Below are positions 22,580-31,273 of a stretch of DNA of 64,000 nt, piece after piece. Where the stretch lies: contig CAWGXH010000005.1 of assembly GCA_963826525.1 (NCBI GenBank), positions 128,001 to 192,000 on the forward strand. Direction: 5' to 3'. This DNA comes from an uncultured Methanomicrobiaceae archaeon (GTDB taxonomy: Archaea; Halobacteriota; Methanomicrobia; Methanomicrobiales; Methanoculleaceae). The notes under the pieces are model-generated. The model saw nothing but the letters and a program-made list of their open reading frames with translations. It made no database searches and was not told the DNA's origin. The translations under genes were made by a program, and so were the position numbers. Within the stretch, counting starts at the first letter, position 1. Every line of letters begins with the position of its first letter.

Positions 22580-22745
22580 TCTGGGGCTATCGGATCAGGG
22601 GGAAAGTGCAGATGAGGCTCGACCGACGCCTTCCAACCAAGAGAGTATTCGTATGGAATATCCCCTGCTATTGAGGTCACCCCGGACATTCTCTGCCGGG
22701 AGGGGGACGCACCCCCCTCATTGCGATACCCCGGAGAAGCCGTGC
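22580..22745. repeat. Inverted pair of REP-like repeats (copies 2 and 3)
   Basis: 22686-22745 (acattctctgccgggagggggacgcacccccctca..tgcgataccccggaga..gccgtgc) matches 4385-4462. The reverse complement of about 22580-22645 matches the same element in degenerate form. Confidence 0.6.
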
Positions 22746-22877
22746 TCGCCCTCAGGCACCTTGTGCGGGTCATATCACTGCTATCTGCCTGTGAACGCTT
22801 CGATCGAGAGGCCAGCAATTCCCGGCTCTCATGGGATCTGCTCTGCGAGGAGTTTCCGAAAAAAAGAGGGGTGACTA

Positions 22878-24650
22878 TTAACTCTTCGAGATATCCGAGT
22901 AATAGTAATCGCCGATGGACATCTGCTCCCGGTCGAGGTACGAACCCGGTTTATTGATCCGCGGCCTGCCGCTCTTGTCCCGGCGGAAGGTGATCCCGAG
23001 TTGCTTTAAGAAGATATTCATGCCGTCTGCCATATCGAACGGCCCCGTGGCTTTTCCGTGGACGCCGGGTTCGCCGTCGAAGACCAGTATCCGGTCGCTG
23101 ATCATATCGATCAGGTAGATATCGTGGTCGATGACGAGCGTGCTCGAGTTTCTTCCCTCGGCATGCTTCCGTATGAGCCGCGTGATCTTTACCCGCTGTT
23201 CGACGTCGAGGTGGGCACTGGGCTCATCGAGAATGTAGAGGTCGGCATCGCGGGAGAGGCAGAGCGCGATGGCGAGGCGCTGCAGCTCACCGCCGGAGAG
23301 CGAGCTCGCCGACGACTGGAGGATGGGGGCAAGCGTGAGCGGTTCGATGATCTCGTGCTGGTAGAACGATGAGTCGAACTTCGTGGTGCACTGACGGAGG
23401 AGCTCTTCGACCGTAGCCTCCGTGTTCCCTTTGATATACTGGGGCTTGTAGGAGATCCTGACCCGCTGATCCATCGAGCCCGTATCCGGCTCGAGCGTGC
23501 CCGCAAGGAGCTGGGCAAAGGTACTCTTACCGATACCGTTCGCGCCGACCACACCGAGCACTTCGCCCGACCGGATCTCGCCGCCGTCGACCTGGAGTGA
23601 GAACGCCCCGAAACTCTTCGTCATTGTCGGGAACTCGAGCAGCACCTCCCGCTGTGCGTCGCTTGCGTGCGCCCGCCGTTCGAAGAGCACCTGGTACTCG
23701 CGGAATCTGACGTTCTCTTCGGAGAGATACCCTTCCAGATACTGATTGATCCCGACCCTGACACCCTTCGGGTAGGTGATGATGCCGTACACCGACGGTT
23801 GACCGTAGGCGATGTGCACCGTATCGGCAAGCATATCGAGGATAGCAAGGTCGTGCTCGACGATGATGACGGGACGCTCGCGAGCGAGCTCGCGGATCAG
23901 GTTTGCGGCGGCCATCCGCTGGTAGATGTCGAGGAACGGGGTGATCTCGTCGAAGAAGTAGAAGTCGGCATCCTTCGCCAGGCACGCCGTCAGAGCGACA
24001 CGCTGGAGTTCTCCGCCGGAAAGAGCGGCGATGGGCCGATCCAGGATCGACCGGAGCGAGAGTCTGTCGATATAGGTGTCAAGCATCCCCCGCTCATCGG
24101 TGGCCGAGAGGAGCTGCCGGGCGGTGCCGGAGAAGATTTTCGGGATATGGTCGATGTACTGCGGCTTGAGCGATACTTTGACATTCTTCTGCGAGACCAT
24201 CTGAAGGTAGTCGAAGAGCTCGGAGCCGGCGTACAGTTTCAGCACATCCTTCCAGTCCGGCCTGCCGTCCGGCTCGCCGAGGTTCGGCACGAGATTGCCG
24301 GAGAGGATCTGCACCGATGTGCTCTTCCCGATACCGTTTGCGCCGAGGATACCCGTGACCTTCCCCTCGATCGGGATAGGAAGGCCGTAGAGCACGAACC
24401 CGTTCACCCCGTAGCGGTGCGTCGGCTGGCTCAGTTTTTCGGGAAGATTGACGATATTGATCGCCTCGAACGGGCACTTCTTGACACAGATACCGCATCC
24501 GACGCAGAGTTCCTCCGAGATGACGGCTTTGTTGTCTTCCCCGATGAGGACCGTCTCGTCGCCCGTCCGCACGCGGGGGCAGTAGAGAATGCACTCCGTT
24601 CCGCACTTGACCGGGTGGCACCGGTTCCTATGAACTACTGCTATACGCAT
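22878..24650 (-). CDS. rli1: Ribosome recycling ATPase ABCE1 (RLI1)
   Basis: N-terminal FeS cysteines (CVGCGICVKKCP); two NBDs with GANGIGKS and LSGGELQR; ITFRRD...RPRINK. Reading frame intact. Confidence 0.98.
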   Translation of the reverse strand: MRIAVVHRNRCHPVKCGTECILYCPRVRTGDETVLIGEDNKAVISEELCVGCGICVKKCPFEAINIVNLPEKLSQPTHRYGVNGFVLYGLPIPIEGKVTGILGANGIGKSTSVQILSGNLVPNLGEPDGRPDWKDVLKLYAGSELFDYLQMVSQKNVKVSLKPQYIDHIPKIFSGTARQLLSATDERGMLDTYIDRLSLRSILDRPIAALSGGELQRVALTACLAKDADFYFFDEITPFLDIYQRMAAANLIRELARERPVIIVEHDLAILDMLADTVHIAYGQPSVYGIITYPKGVRVGINQYLEGYLSEENVRFREYQVLFERRAHASDAQREVLLEFPTMTKSFGAFSLQVDGGEIRSGEVLGVVGANGIGKSTFAQLLAGTLEPDTGSMDQRVRISYKPQYIKGNTEATVEELLRQCTTKFDSSFYQHEIIEPLTLAPILQSSASSLSGGELQRLAIALCLSRDADLYILDEPSAHLDVEQRVKITRLIRKHAEGRNSSTLVIDHDIYLIDMISDRILVFDGEPGVHGKATGPFDMADGMNIFLKQLGITFRRDKSGRPRINKPGSYLDREQMSIGDYYYSDISKS

Positions 24651-24656
24651 GGTGCA

Positions 24657-25034
24657 TCACAGTACATTTGGCGTCAGTACATTTGTTGTCAGAAGGAGCG
24701 TCCAGGTTATGAACCAGAGGGCGAACGCCATGAATCCCTGATAGAACCAGTCTTTGCTGGTCAGCTCCATGTAGTCGATCTTCAGGAGCATGAAGACGTG
24801 TTTCTGAAATACGATGCCTGCAAGGAGGAGAATTGCTCCAATGATGGCATTTTGCTGCAGGCCGGTTACCGGATCGGCGGTGCCGGCGAGGTAGAATGAG
24901 AGGCCTCCCGTTATAATTCCCATAAAACAGGCGACGAGCGTACGCCTGATGCGCTTCTCGTGCTCGACCCTCTTTTCCGCACGGGTTTTCACACCGCTTT
25001 TTTCGCTCTTAGTCTCTATCGCTTCATCACTCAT
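24657..25034 (-). CDS. Small 3-TM membrane protein, EMC6-like (archaeal)
   Basis: Charged N-terminus and three hydrophobic helices. The C-terminal KDWFYQGFMAFALWFITWTLLL resembles the EMC6 terminal F-x-x-W-T helix. Ends 6 nt upstream of ABCE1. Confidence 0.65.
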   Translation of the reverse strand: MSDEAIETKSEKSGVKTRAEKRVEHEKRIRRTLVACFMGIITGGLSFYLAGTADPVTGLQQNAIIGAILLLAGIVFQKHVFMLLKIDYMELTSKDWFYQGFMAFALWFITWTLLLTTNVLTPNVL

Positions 25035-25140
25035 TATGACACCAGTGGATGAAATGTTCCTGCACGTGGAAGGTGGTATTTCAGAATCGGCCCGGCCTCT
25101 ATCGGTGCTGCTTCCCGGCTGGTCCCGGGTTTTCACCGAA

Positions 25141-25219
25141 GGGCGGACGCAGAATCACTATAGAATAGGGTCTTCTCCTGTTATAAAGGTGAGTCCCTGC
25201 ACGATTCATGCGTCCGCCC
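25141..25219. promoter_or_regulatory. Inverted repeat flanking a TATA-like box in the divergent promoter region
   Basis: GGGCGGACGCA(GAATC) at 25141-25156 pairs with (GATTCa)TGCGTCCGCCC at 25203-25219. TTATAAA lies between them at about 25181-25187. Confidence 0.5.
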
Positions 25220-25290
25220 CGTCACGCCTCCCGTGATCGCCGGCCCTGCGGTTATTTTAAGGACAAGGGCCGTACAGTATTCCGGAACCA

Positions 25291-27177
25291 ATGGCAACAC
25301 TTCAGGGAATGAGCGGAGTGGATATCCGGGCGATCGTTTCGGAGCTGAACGCCCGGATACCTCTCTGGATCGGAAAGATCTACCAGTTCGACGACAAATC
25401 GGTCGGCATCAGGCTAAACGGCGAGGAAAAGGCGAAATATTTCTTCCTGGCAGAGCCGGGGAGGCGCGCCCACCTGGTCGGCGAGCTTCCGACACCGCCG
25501 AAGAATCCCCCGAGCTTTGCCATGCTGCTTCGAAAGCACCTCGACGGCGGCAGGGTGCTCGGGGTAGAGCAGCTCGGCCTTGAGAGAACCTTCGCCCTTG
25601 CCGTCGGGAAGAGGGGTACGACGTATCACCTCGTCTTCGAACTCTTCGACGACGGAAACGTGATTCTCTGCGATGCCGAGTGGACGATCATCAAGCCCCT
25701 CTGGCACCACCGGTTTAAAGGCCGCGATGTCATTCCGGGTGTGACATACGCATTCGCGAGTAGCGACTGCTCGGGGCTTTCGCTTGAGGCGTTCTCGGCG
25801 ATGCTTCGCGAGTCCGACCGCGACATCGTCCGGACGCTCGCCGTCGTCTGCATGCTCGGAGGGCAGTATGCGGAAGAGGTCTGCTCGCGAGCGGGTGTGG
25901 ATAAGACGCTCCCGGCAGGTGAGGCGGATCCGGTGGCGCTGCACGCTGCCTTTGTGGGTCTTCTCGATCAGGTCGGGGAGAGGCGCGAGCCGGTCATCAC
26001 TTCGTCGGGCTGCTGGCCGATCCCGATCGGGAACGCGCCTGTTCTTCAGCGGTTCGAGACGTTCAACGAGGCGCTGGATGCATTCTATCCTGCAGCCCGG
26101 AAGGAAGAGGTGAAGGCGGGGAAACCGCGCCTGACAAAGGAAGAGGTCATCAGAAAGCGGCAGATTGAGGCTATTGCAGGGTTTGAGGATAAGACCGAAC
26201 GCTACGAGCGTGTCGTGGAACGGCTCTACGAGAACTACACGCTCGTCGCGGACGTCATCACGACGCTCGATACCGCGAGCCGGCAGCGATCGTGGCAGGA
26301 GATCGAGGAAGTCCTGAAAGGAAGCGACCACCCGGCGGCACGGGTGATCCGTGCCGTCCACCCTGCGGAAGCGGCGGTCGAGGTGGATATCGGAGAGCGG
26401 GTAAAGATCTTCGTCCACGAGACGCCCGAGCAGAATGTCGGCCGCTACTACGACCTGATCAAGAAGTTCAGAAAGAAGAAGGCCGGAGCTCTCGCTGCGA
26501 TGGCGCGGGCGATTGTGCAGAAGCCCCGCCGGAAGGTTACGCTTGCGGTGCAGAAGAAACGCTGGTTCCACCGGTTCCGATGGTTTTACACCAGCGATAA
26601 CGTCCTCGTCCTCGGCGGGAGGGATGCCTCCCAGAACGAGGAGCTGGTCAAGCGCTACATGGAGGGCGGGGATACGTTCGTCCATGCCGATGTCCACGGT
26701 GCCAGTATCGTCATCGTCAAGGGGACGACGGAGCATATGGAAGAGGCGGTTCAGTTCGCGGCGTCCTACTCGAACGCCTGGAAAGCCGGCCACTTTGCGG
26801 CGACCGTGTATGCCGCACGCCCCGATCAGGTGAGCAAGACTCCGGAGTCGGGCGAGTTCGTTGCCCGGGGCGCTTTCATCATCCGCGGCGAGCGGACGTA
26901 CTACCGGAACGTGCCGCTCGGCGTCTCTATCGGCCTGCAGATGACGCCTGAGGTAGCGGTCATCGGCGGGCCTCCGGATGCGGTTGCAGACCGGACGAAG
27001 GTGCGGGTCGACCTGCTGCCCGGCCAGTTCGAGCCGAACGATACCGCGAAGAAGGTCGTTCGGGCTCTGCGCCAGCAGCTCTCCGAGGATGAGTGGACGG
27101 GTCTGAAAACCGTGCTGAACACCGAGGCGGTTGCGGGGTTCGTGCCGCCGGGCGGATCGGATATCATAGAGTCATGA
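25291..27177 (+). CDS. rqcH: Ribosome quality-control factor RqcH / Rqc2 (NEMF, NFACT family)
   Basis: PPSFAMLLRKHL, LER, ELFDDGNVIL; NFACT-R motifs WFHRFRWF, GGRDASQNEELVKRY, HADVHGAS and QVSKTPESGEFVARGAFIIRG. Confidence 0.95.
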   Translation: MATLQGMSGVDIRAIVSELNARIPLWIGKIYQFDDKSVGIRLNGEEKAKYFFLAEPGRRAHLVGELPTPPKNPPSFAMLLRKHLDGGRVLGVEQLGLERTFALAVGKRGTTYHLVFELFDDGNVILCDAEWTIIKPLWHHRFKGRDVIPGVTYAFASSDCSGLSLEAFSAMLRESDRDIVRTLAVVCMLGGQYAEEVCSRAGVDKTLPAGEADPVALHAAFVGLLDQVGERREPVITSSGCWPIPIGNAPVLQRFETFNEALDAFYPAARKEEVKAGKPRLTKEEVIRKRQIEAIAGFEDKTERYERVVERLYENYTLVADVITTLDTASRQRSWQEIEEVLKGSDHPAARVIRAVHPAEAAVEVDIGERVKIFVHETPEQNVGRYYDLIKKFRKKKAGALAAMARAIVQKPRRKVTLAVQKKRWFHRFRWFYTSDNVLVLGGRDASQNEELVKRYMEGGDTFVHADVHGASIVIVKGTTEHMEEAVQFAASYSNAWKAGHFAATVYAARPDQVSKTPESGEFVARGAFIIRGERTYYRNVPLGVSIGLQMTPEVAVIGGPPDAVADRTKVRVDLLPGQFEPNDTAKKVVRALRQQLSEDEWTGLKTVLNTEAVAGFVPPGGSDIIES

Positions 27178-28199
27178 AGGCGGAATATCTCGAGATCAAG
27201 CGTTCGTACGGCGAGATTCGGCTCTTCCCGGAGACGCTCGACGACATCTGGCACCTTCTGCACCTGATCGCCCCGGGCGACCTCGTCTTTGCGACGACGT
27301 TCCGGAGCGTCGAGTCGGCGAGCGACAAACTCCGTCCCGAGAAAACGGAGAAGCGGCCGGTCCGGCTCGGGGTGCGGGTGGAGAAGGTCGAGTTTCACCA
27401 CCATGCAAACCGCCTCCGCATCACCGGGATCATCGAGAGCGGGATGGATGCAGGTATGTACCATACCCTGAACGTCGAGCCCGGGTACGAACTCTCGGTC
27501 ATCAAGCAGTGGCGGCCGGTCGACCTTGCGCGGATCGAACGGGCGGTCGCGGCATCGATCTTCGGTGTCGTGCACGTCGTGAGCATGGAGGAGGGTGAAG
27601 CGGAGATATTCCGTCTCCGCCAGTTCGGCCCCGAACCCGTCACCACGATCACCCTCGGCCGCGGCAAGGGGGCAGACCAGGATTCGAGGTCGGCACTCTT
27701 CGAAAAGACCCTCGAGTACGTCCGGGACGTCACCGGGCCGCTGATCGTTGCAGGGCCCGGCTTTGTCAAGGACGATTTTGCCAGGTTCCTCCGGCGAGAG
27801 GCTCCGGAGCGTGCCGAGCGGATGACTGTCGTCGATACGCGCCGTATCGGTCGCGGTGCGGTCTCGGAGGTCGTCGGCCTCGGCATCCTCGACCAGCTGG
27901 CAGGCGATCTCCATCTCGCCCGCGAGGTCCGGATGATGGACGAGATGCTGGCGCGGATTGCGAAGGACGGCGCCGTCAGTTACGGCATCGGCGAGGTCGG
28001 AAAGGCGATCGATTACGGTGCCGTCGAAACGATCCTCGTCGTCGACACGCTGCTCCGCGATGAGACCGTCGCGGCCGCCATCGAGCGTGCCGAGTTCGTC
28101 AACGCGTCGGTGGTGGTGCTGAGCACCGAGTTCGAACCGGGGCAGCGTCTTTTGGCGCTCGGCGGTATTGCCGCGCTCCTGCGCTATAAGATCGAGTGA
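27174..28199 (+). CDS. pelA: Ribosome rescue / mRNA surveillance factor Pelota (Dom34)
   Basis: PETLDDIWHL, RLRITG, YHTLNV, AGPGFVK and LGGIAALLRY. ATGA overlap with rqcH. Confidence 0.96.
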   Translation: MKAEYLEIKRSYGEIRLFPETLDDIWHLLHLIAPGDLVFATTFRSVESASDKLRPEKTEKRPVRLGVRVEKVEFHHHANRLRITGIIESGMDAGMYHTLNVEPGYELSVIKQWRPVDLARIERAVAASIFGVVHVVSMEEGEAEIFRLRQFGPEPVTTITLGRGKGADQDSRSALFEKTLEYVRDVTGPLIVAGPGFVKDDFARFLRREAPERAERMTVVDTRRIGRGAVSEVVGLGILDQLAGDLHLAREVRMMDEMLARIAKDGAVSYGIGEVGKAIDYGAVETILVVDTLLRDETVAAAIERAEFVNASVVVLSTEFEPGQRLLALGGIAALLRYKIE

Positions 28200-28217
28200 A
28201 AAAAGGATTGTGAGGAG

Positions 28218-28942
28218 TTACTCCTCGGTCTCTTCGCTCTCTGCTTCTACGATAGCTTCCGCGGGCGGCATCTCCTTCTGCTCCGGCCGCTTGAACGTCT
28301 CCTTCATCACGACCTCGTTGATGTCTTTCAGGTACTCGAAGATCTCACGGATCAGGGTGCCTCTCCAGACCATCCAGCGGCGGTCGTAGGTGATCGCGGG
28401 GGGAGGAGGAACTCGGCCGTGCCGTCCGTAATGGAGAACTCGAGATCGGTTCTGCCCGTATACAACTTGATAAGACCGCGGATCTGCTCGGTCGCATCCT
28501 CGACCTTCTCCTCGATCTTGTACTGGTAGGTGAGTGTCTTGCCGGCGAGCGGGTGGTTGAAGTCGACAAGCGCCCTCTTTCCGATGACATTGACGACGAC
28601 ACCTTCACGGTTCTCGACCTCGATCCGCATCCCCACTTTCGGTTTCTCCCGGAACTGGGAGGTCTGTATCGACCGGACGGCGGTTTTGTCGTGCTCACCG
28701 AATGCTTTCTCCGCCGGCACGTCGACTTCGCCCTCGTCGCCCACTTCCTTGCCGATCAGGGCCTCTTCAAGGCCGATGATCACATGGTGGCTGCCGACAC
28801 GGATGGTGACGGGGCCATACTCGGCCTGCGGGTTGTACATCCCCTCCTCTTTTGCGATCTCTTCGGAGGTGGTATCAAAGACATTGTCACCTACACGTCC
28901 GGTGTAGGTGAGTTTAACAAAATTTCCTTCTTCAATTGCCAT
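28218..28942 (-). CDS. slyD: Long-type archaeal FKBP peptidyl-prolyl isomerase (frameshift in a C/G run near 28400)
   Basis: YTG...FDTT, GLEEAL, AFG and VDFNHPLAGK, plus a C-terminal extension. Confidence 0.9.
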
Positions 28943-29235
28943 AAAATTCACCTTGGCGATAATGTGTTCAAACAGATTCCAGTGAGTGTACCATTGCGTT
29001 CGGTATCGTGCACTGCTTCGATGTTCCATTTCATTTGTTGCGAATGGTATTTATAGATGATTCCATGAACCCCGGAAGAGTCGTGCAGAAGGGCCTATTC
29101 GACCGAATCCATCATCCCGGCCGGATATTCTCAGGCTCACGTCCCGCCGCTCTCCCGGATACACGGCTCCTGGCTCTGCATTATATTGAAGTAGGTGCAG
29201 AGCCAGGCAGGGTCGGAGTTGAGGAGGAGCGAACT

Positions 29236-30702
29236 ATGGAACCGGTTCTCATGGGTCTTTCCCGGAGCCCGTACGCACCGTGCCCGCCGGAACTGTTCGC
29301 CGGGCGCGAACCGGAACGAGTGCGGATTATGGAGGCGCTCTCCCGGGCACGGGATGCCGGTCAGGTGGTGCTGCTCTCGGGGAGGGCAGGATCCGGCAAA
29401 AGTTCGCTCCTGAACTGGGTTGGCGGGCAGATCCTGCCGGGAGGTGAACAGAGTCTTCCGGTGCACCGGGAGTTTTACCTGGCGCCCGATCTGGTTTTAG
29501 TTGTCTACCGCGAGATACTGACGGCGATCAGGCGGAGCGGGCCTTCCGGAACCGGTTCTGATCCGGCCGTCCGGCAGGCTTCGGATCTCGTCGACCGGTT
29601 TACCGCACCGGTCGATCCGGTCGGCCTGCTTGCCCGGAGCGGGGAGGAGATCATCGGCGTCTTTGCGGATGTCGGCGGCGTTTCGCTCGATCGGCTGCTC
29701 TCGTCGTATCTTGCTGCCCTCCGGGCTGTCGGAGAGACGATGAGCAGGAACGGCGGCGTGCTTGTTCTCCTGCTGGATGACCTCCAGTGGGCTCCGGAGC
29801 CGGACTTTCGCCTCACCCTGGAACTCATCCGGCAGCATCCGCCGGGCATTGCTCTCGTTCTCGCCTGCGACCCCGATGACCCTCTCCGCTACCGGCGGGT
29901 GCTCGAGGTTCTCAAAGAAGCGGGAGGGATGGAGATATCCCTCGCCGGCCTTGGCACGGCGGAGGTCCGGGACCTTGCCCGGCGGCGATTCGATCTCTCG
30001 GTACCGGAAGGAGCATCGGAACTCCTCGCACGCACGATCGGTGACCCGCTTGGGCTGACAGTCTTCTTCACCCAGGTCGGGCTCCGGGGTCTGACGCCGG
30101 ATGAAAAGACCGTCGGGGTGCTTCTTCCCGGGCTACGGAGCCCTGCAGCACGTATCTACGCTGAAGAAGCACCCCTGCAGCAGGAGCGGGCGAAGACTCT
30201 CGCGGTCTTAAGCCCGCCGTTTCATCCGGCGGCGGCCGCATGCATGCTCGAGGATGACCGGATGGGCCTTTCGCAGGTGGAGGTCTCTCTTTCGGAGAGC
30301 GCCCTCTTTCGGGGAGTCGGGCACGACAGGTACGATTTTGCGCATCCTCTGCTCCGGGAGTACTGCACGGCTCAGCTTACGGAGCAGGAGCGGTTCCTCC
30401 TGCACGGTCGGGCGGCGCGTTGCTTCGAGCGGCTCCTCGAGCGCCTGCCCGGGCGACAGCATGCCCTCGTCTCGCTCGTCCGCCACCTCTTTGCGGCCGG
30501 TGAGTATGCCCGGGCACTCGCCCTCTCTCTTGAGCTCGGGCGGCGCTACTACGAGGTTGCCGCATACGATACTGCCCTTATGCTGACACGCCAGGCAATA
30601 GTCGCCGCAGGAGAGACGCGAGATAGGGAAACTCGTGCTGCCGCAGAAGAGCAGAGAGATCTGATTATCAGTACCACGGAAGACCGGGCAGATGGGGGGT
30701 GA
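29236..30702 (+). CDS. STAND-class (AAA_16-like) P-loop NTPase with C-terminal TPR-like helices
   Basis: FAGRE, Walker A GRAGSGKS, Walker B LLLDDLQWA, GDPL (GxP motif) and FAHPLLRE winged-helix motif. A GAGGAG SD precedes the ATG at 29236. Confidence 0.8.
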   Translation: MEPVLMGLSRSPYAPCPPELFAGREPERVRIMEALSRARDAGQVVLLSGRAGSGKSSLLNWVGGQILPGGEQSLPVHREFYLAPDLVLVVYREILTAIRRSGPSGTGSDPAVRQASDLVDRFTAPVDPVGLLARSGEEIIGVFADVGGVSLDRLLSSYLAALRAVGETMSRNGGVLVLLLDDLQWAPEPDFRLTLELIRQHPPGIALVLACDPDDPLRYRRVLEVLKEAGGMEISLAGLGTAEVRDLARRRFDLSVPEGASELLARTIGDPLGLTVFFTQVGLRGLTPDEKTVGVLLPGLRSPAARIYAEEAPLQQERAKTLAVLSPPFHPAAAACMLEDDRMGLSQVEVSLSESALFRGVGHDRYDFAHPLLREYCTAQLTEQERFLLHGRAARCFERLLERLPGRQHALVSLVRHLFAAGEYARALALSLELGRRYYEVAAYDTALMLTRQAIVAAGETRDRETRAAAEEQRDLIISTTEDRADGG

Positions 30703-30745
30703 TATTATGGCTGGAGGGCGAAACCGTAACGGAAGTGTTAGAGCA

Positions 30746-31273
30746 ATGCTTGAAGTGGAAGTGAAGTACGCCGTCCCGAGCCTCGATGAGGTCAGGGCAA
30801 AACTCCTCGCGCTCGGGGCGGAGCAGTGCGGCTCGCAGCATGAACGGGACGTCTACTACAATGCACCCCACCGCGACTTCGGCGAGACCGACGAGGCGCT
30901 CAGGGTCAGGTATGCTGAAGGGACGTGCACCGTCACCTACAAAGGGCCTAAGATCCGGCTGAAGGGCACGAAGGCACGTGAAGAGTTCAATATGCAGGTT
31001 GATTCAGGCCTGACCGTCGAAGAGATACTCGGCCGCGTCGGCTTTGCGGCAACGGCAGAGGTGAACAAAGACCGTGAGTTCCTCGAGATCGATGGCGCGA
31101 CCGTTACCCTCGATACCGTCGAGGGACTCGGCACGTTCATCGAGATTGAAGTGCTTGCAGAAGAGAACGGGGAGAACGCTGCGGACCGGGTCAATGCCCT
31201 GGCAAAAGAACTTGGTGTGGAGGGTCCACCGCTCCACACGTCGTATCTTGAGATGATCCTCGCTAAACGCTGA
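30746..31273 (+). CDS. cyaB: CYTH-domain protein (class IV adenylate cyclase-like / triphosphate tunnel metalloenzyme)
   Basis: EVEVK (ExExK), DVYY, EALRVR, TYKGP, LGTFIEIE and SYLE. Confidence 0.9.
   Translation: MLEVEVKYAVPSLDEVRAKLLALGAEQCGSQHERDVYYNAPHRDFGETDEALRVRYAEGTCTVTYKGPKIRLKGTKAREEFNMQVDSGLTVEEILGRVGFAATAEVNKDREFLEIDGATVTLDTVEGLGTFIEIEVLAEENGENAADRVNALAKELGVEGPPLHTSYLEMILAKR

Noticed and set aside
25085-25150. SRP RNA helix 8 (CCGGGAAGCAGC on the minus strand)
   Set aside because: It lacks the GNRA-capped CAGG...GGAA...AGCA geometry and is far too short for the archaeal 7S RNA. Kept only as a generic structured-leader candidate.
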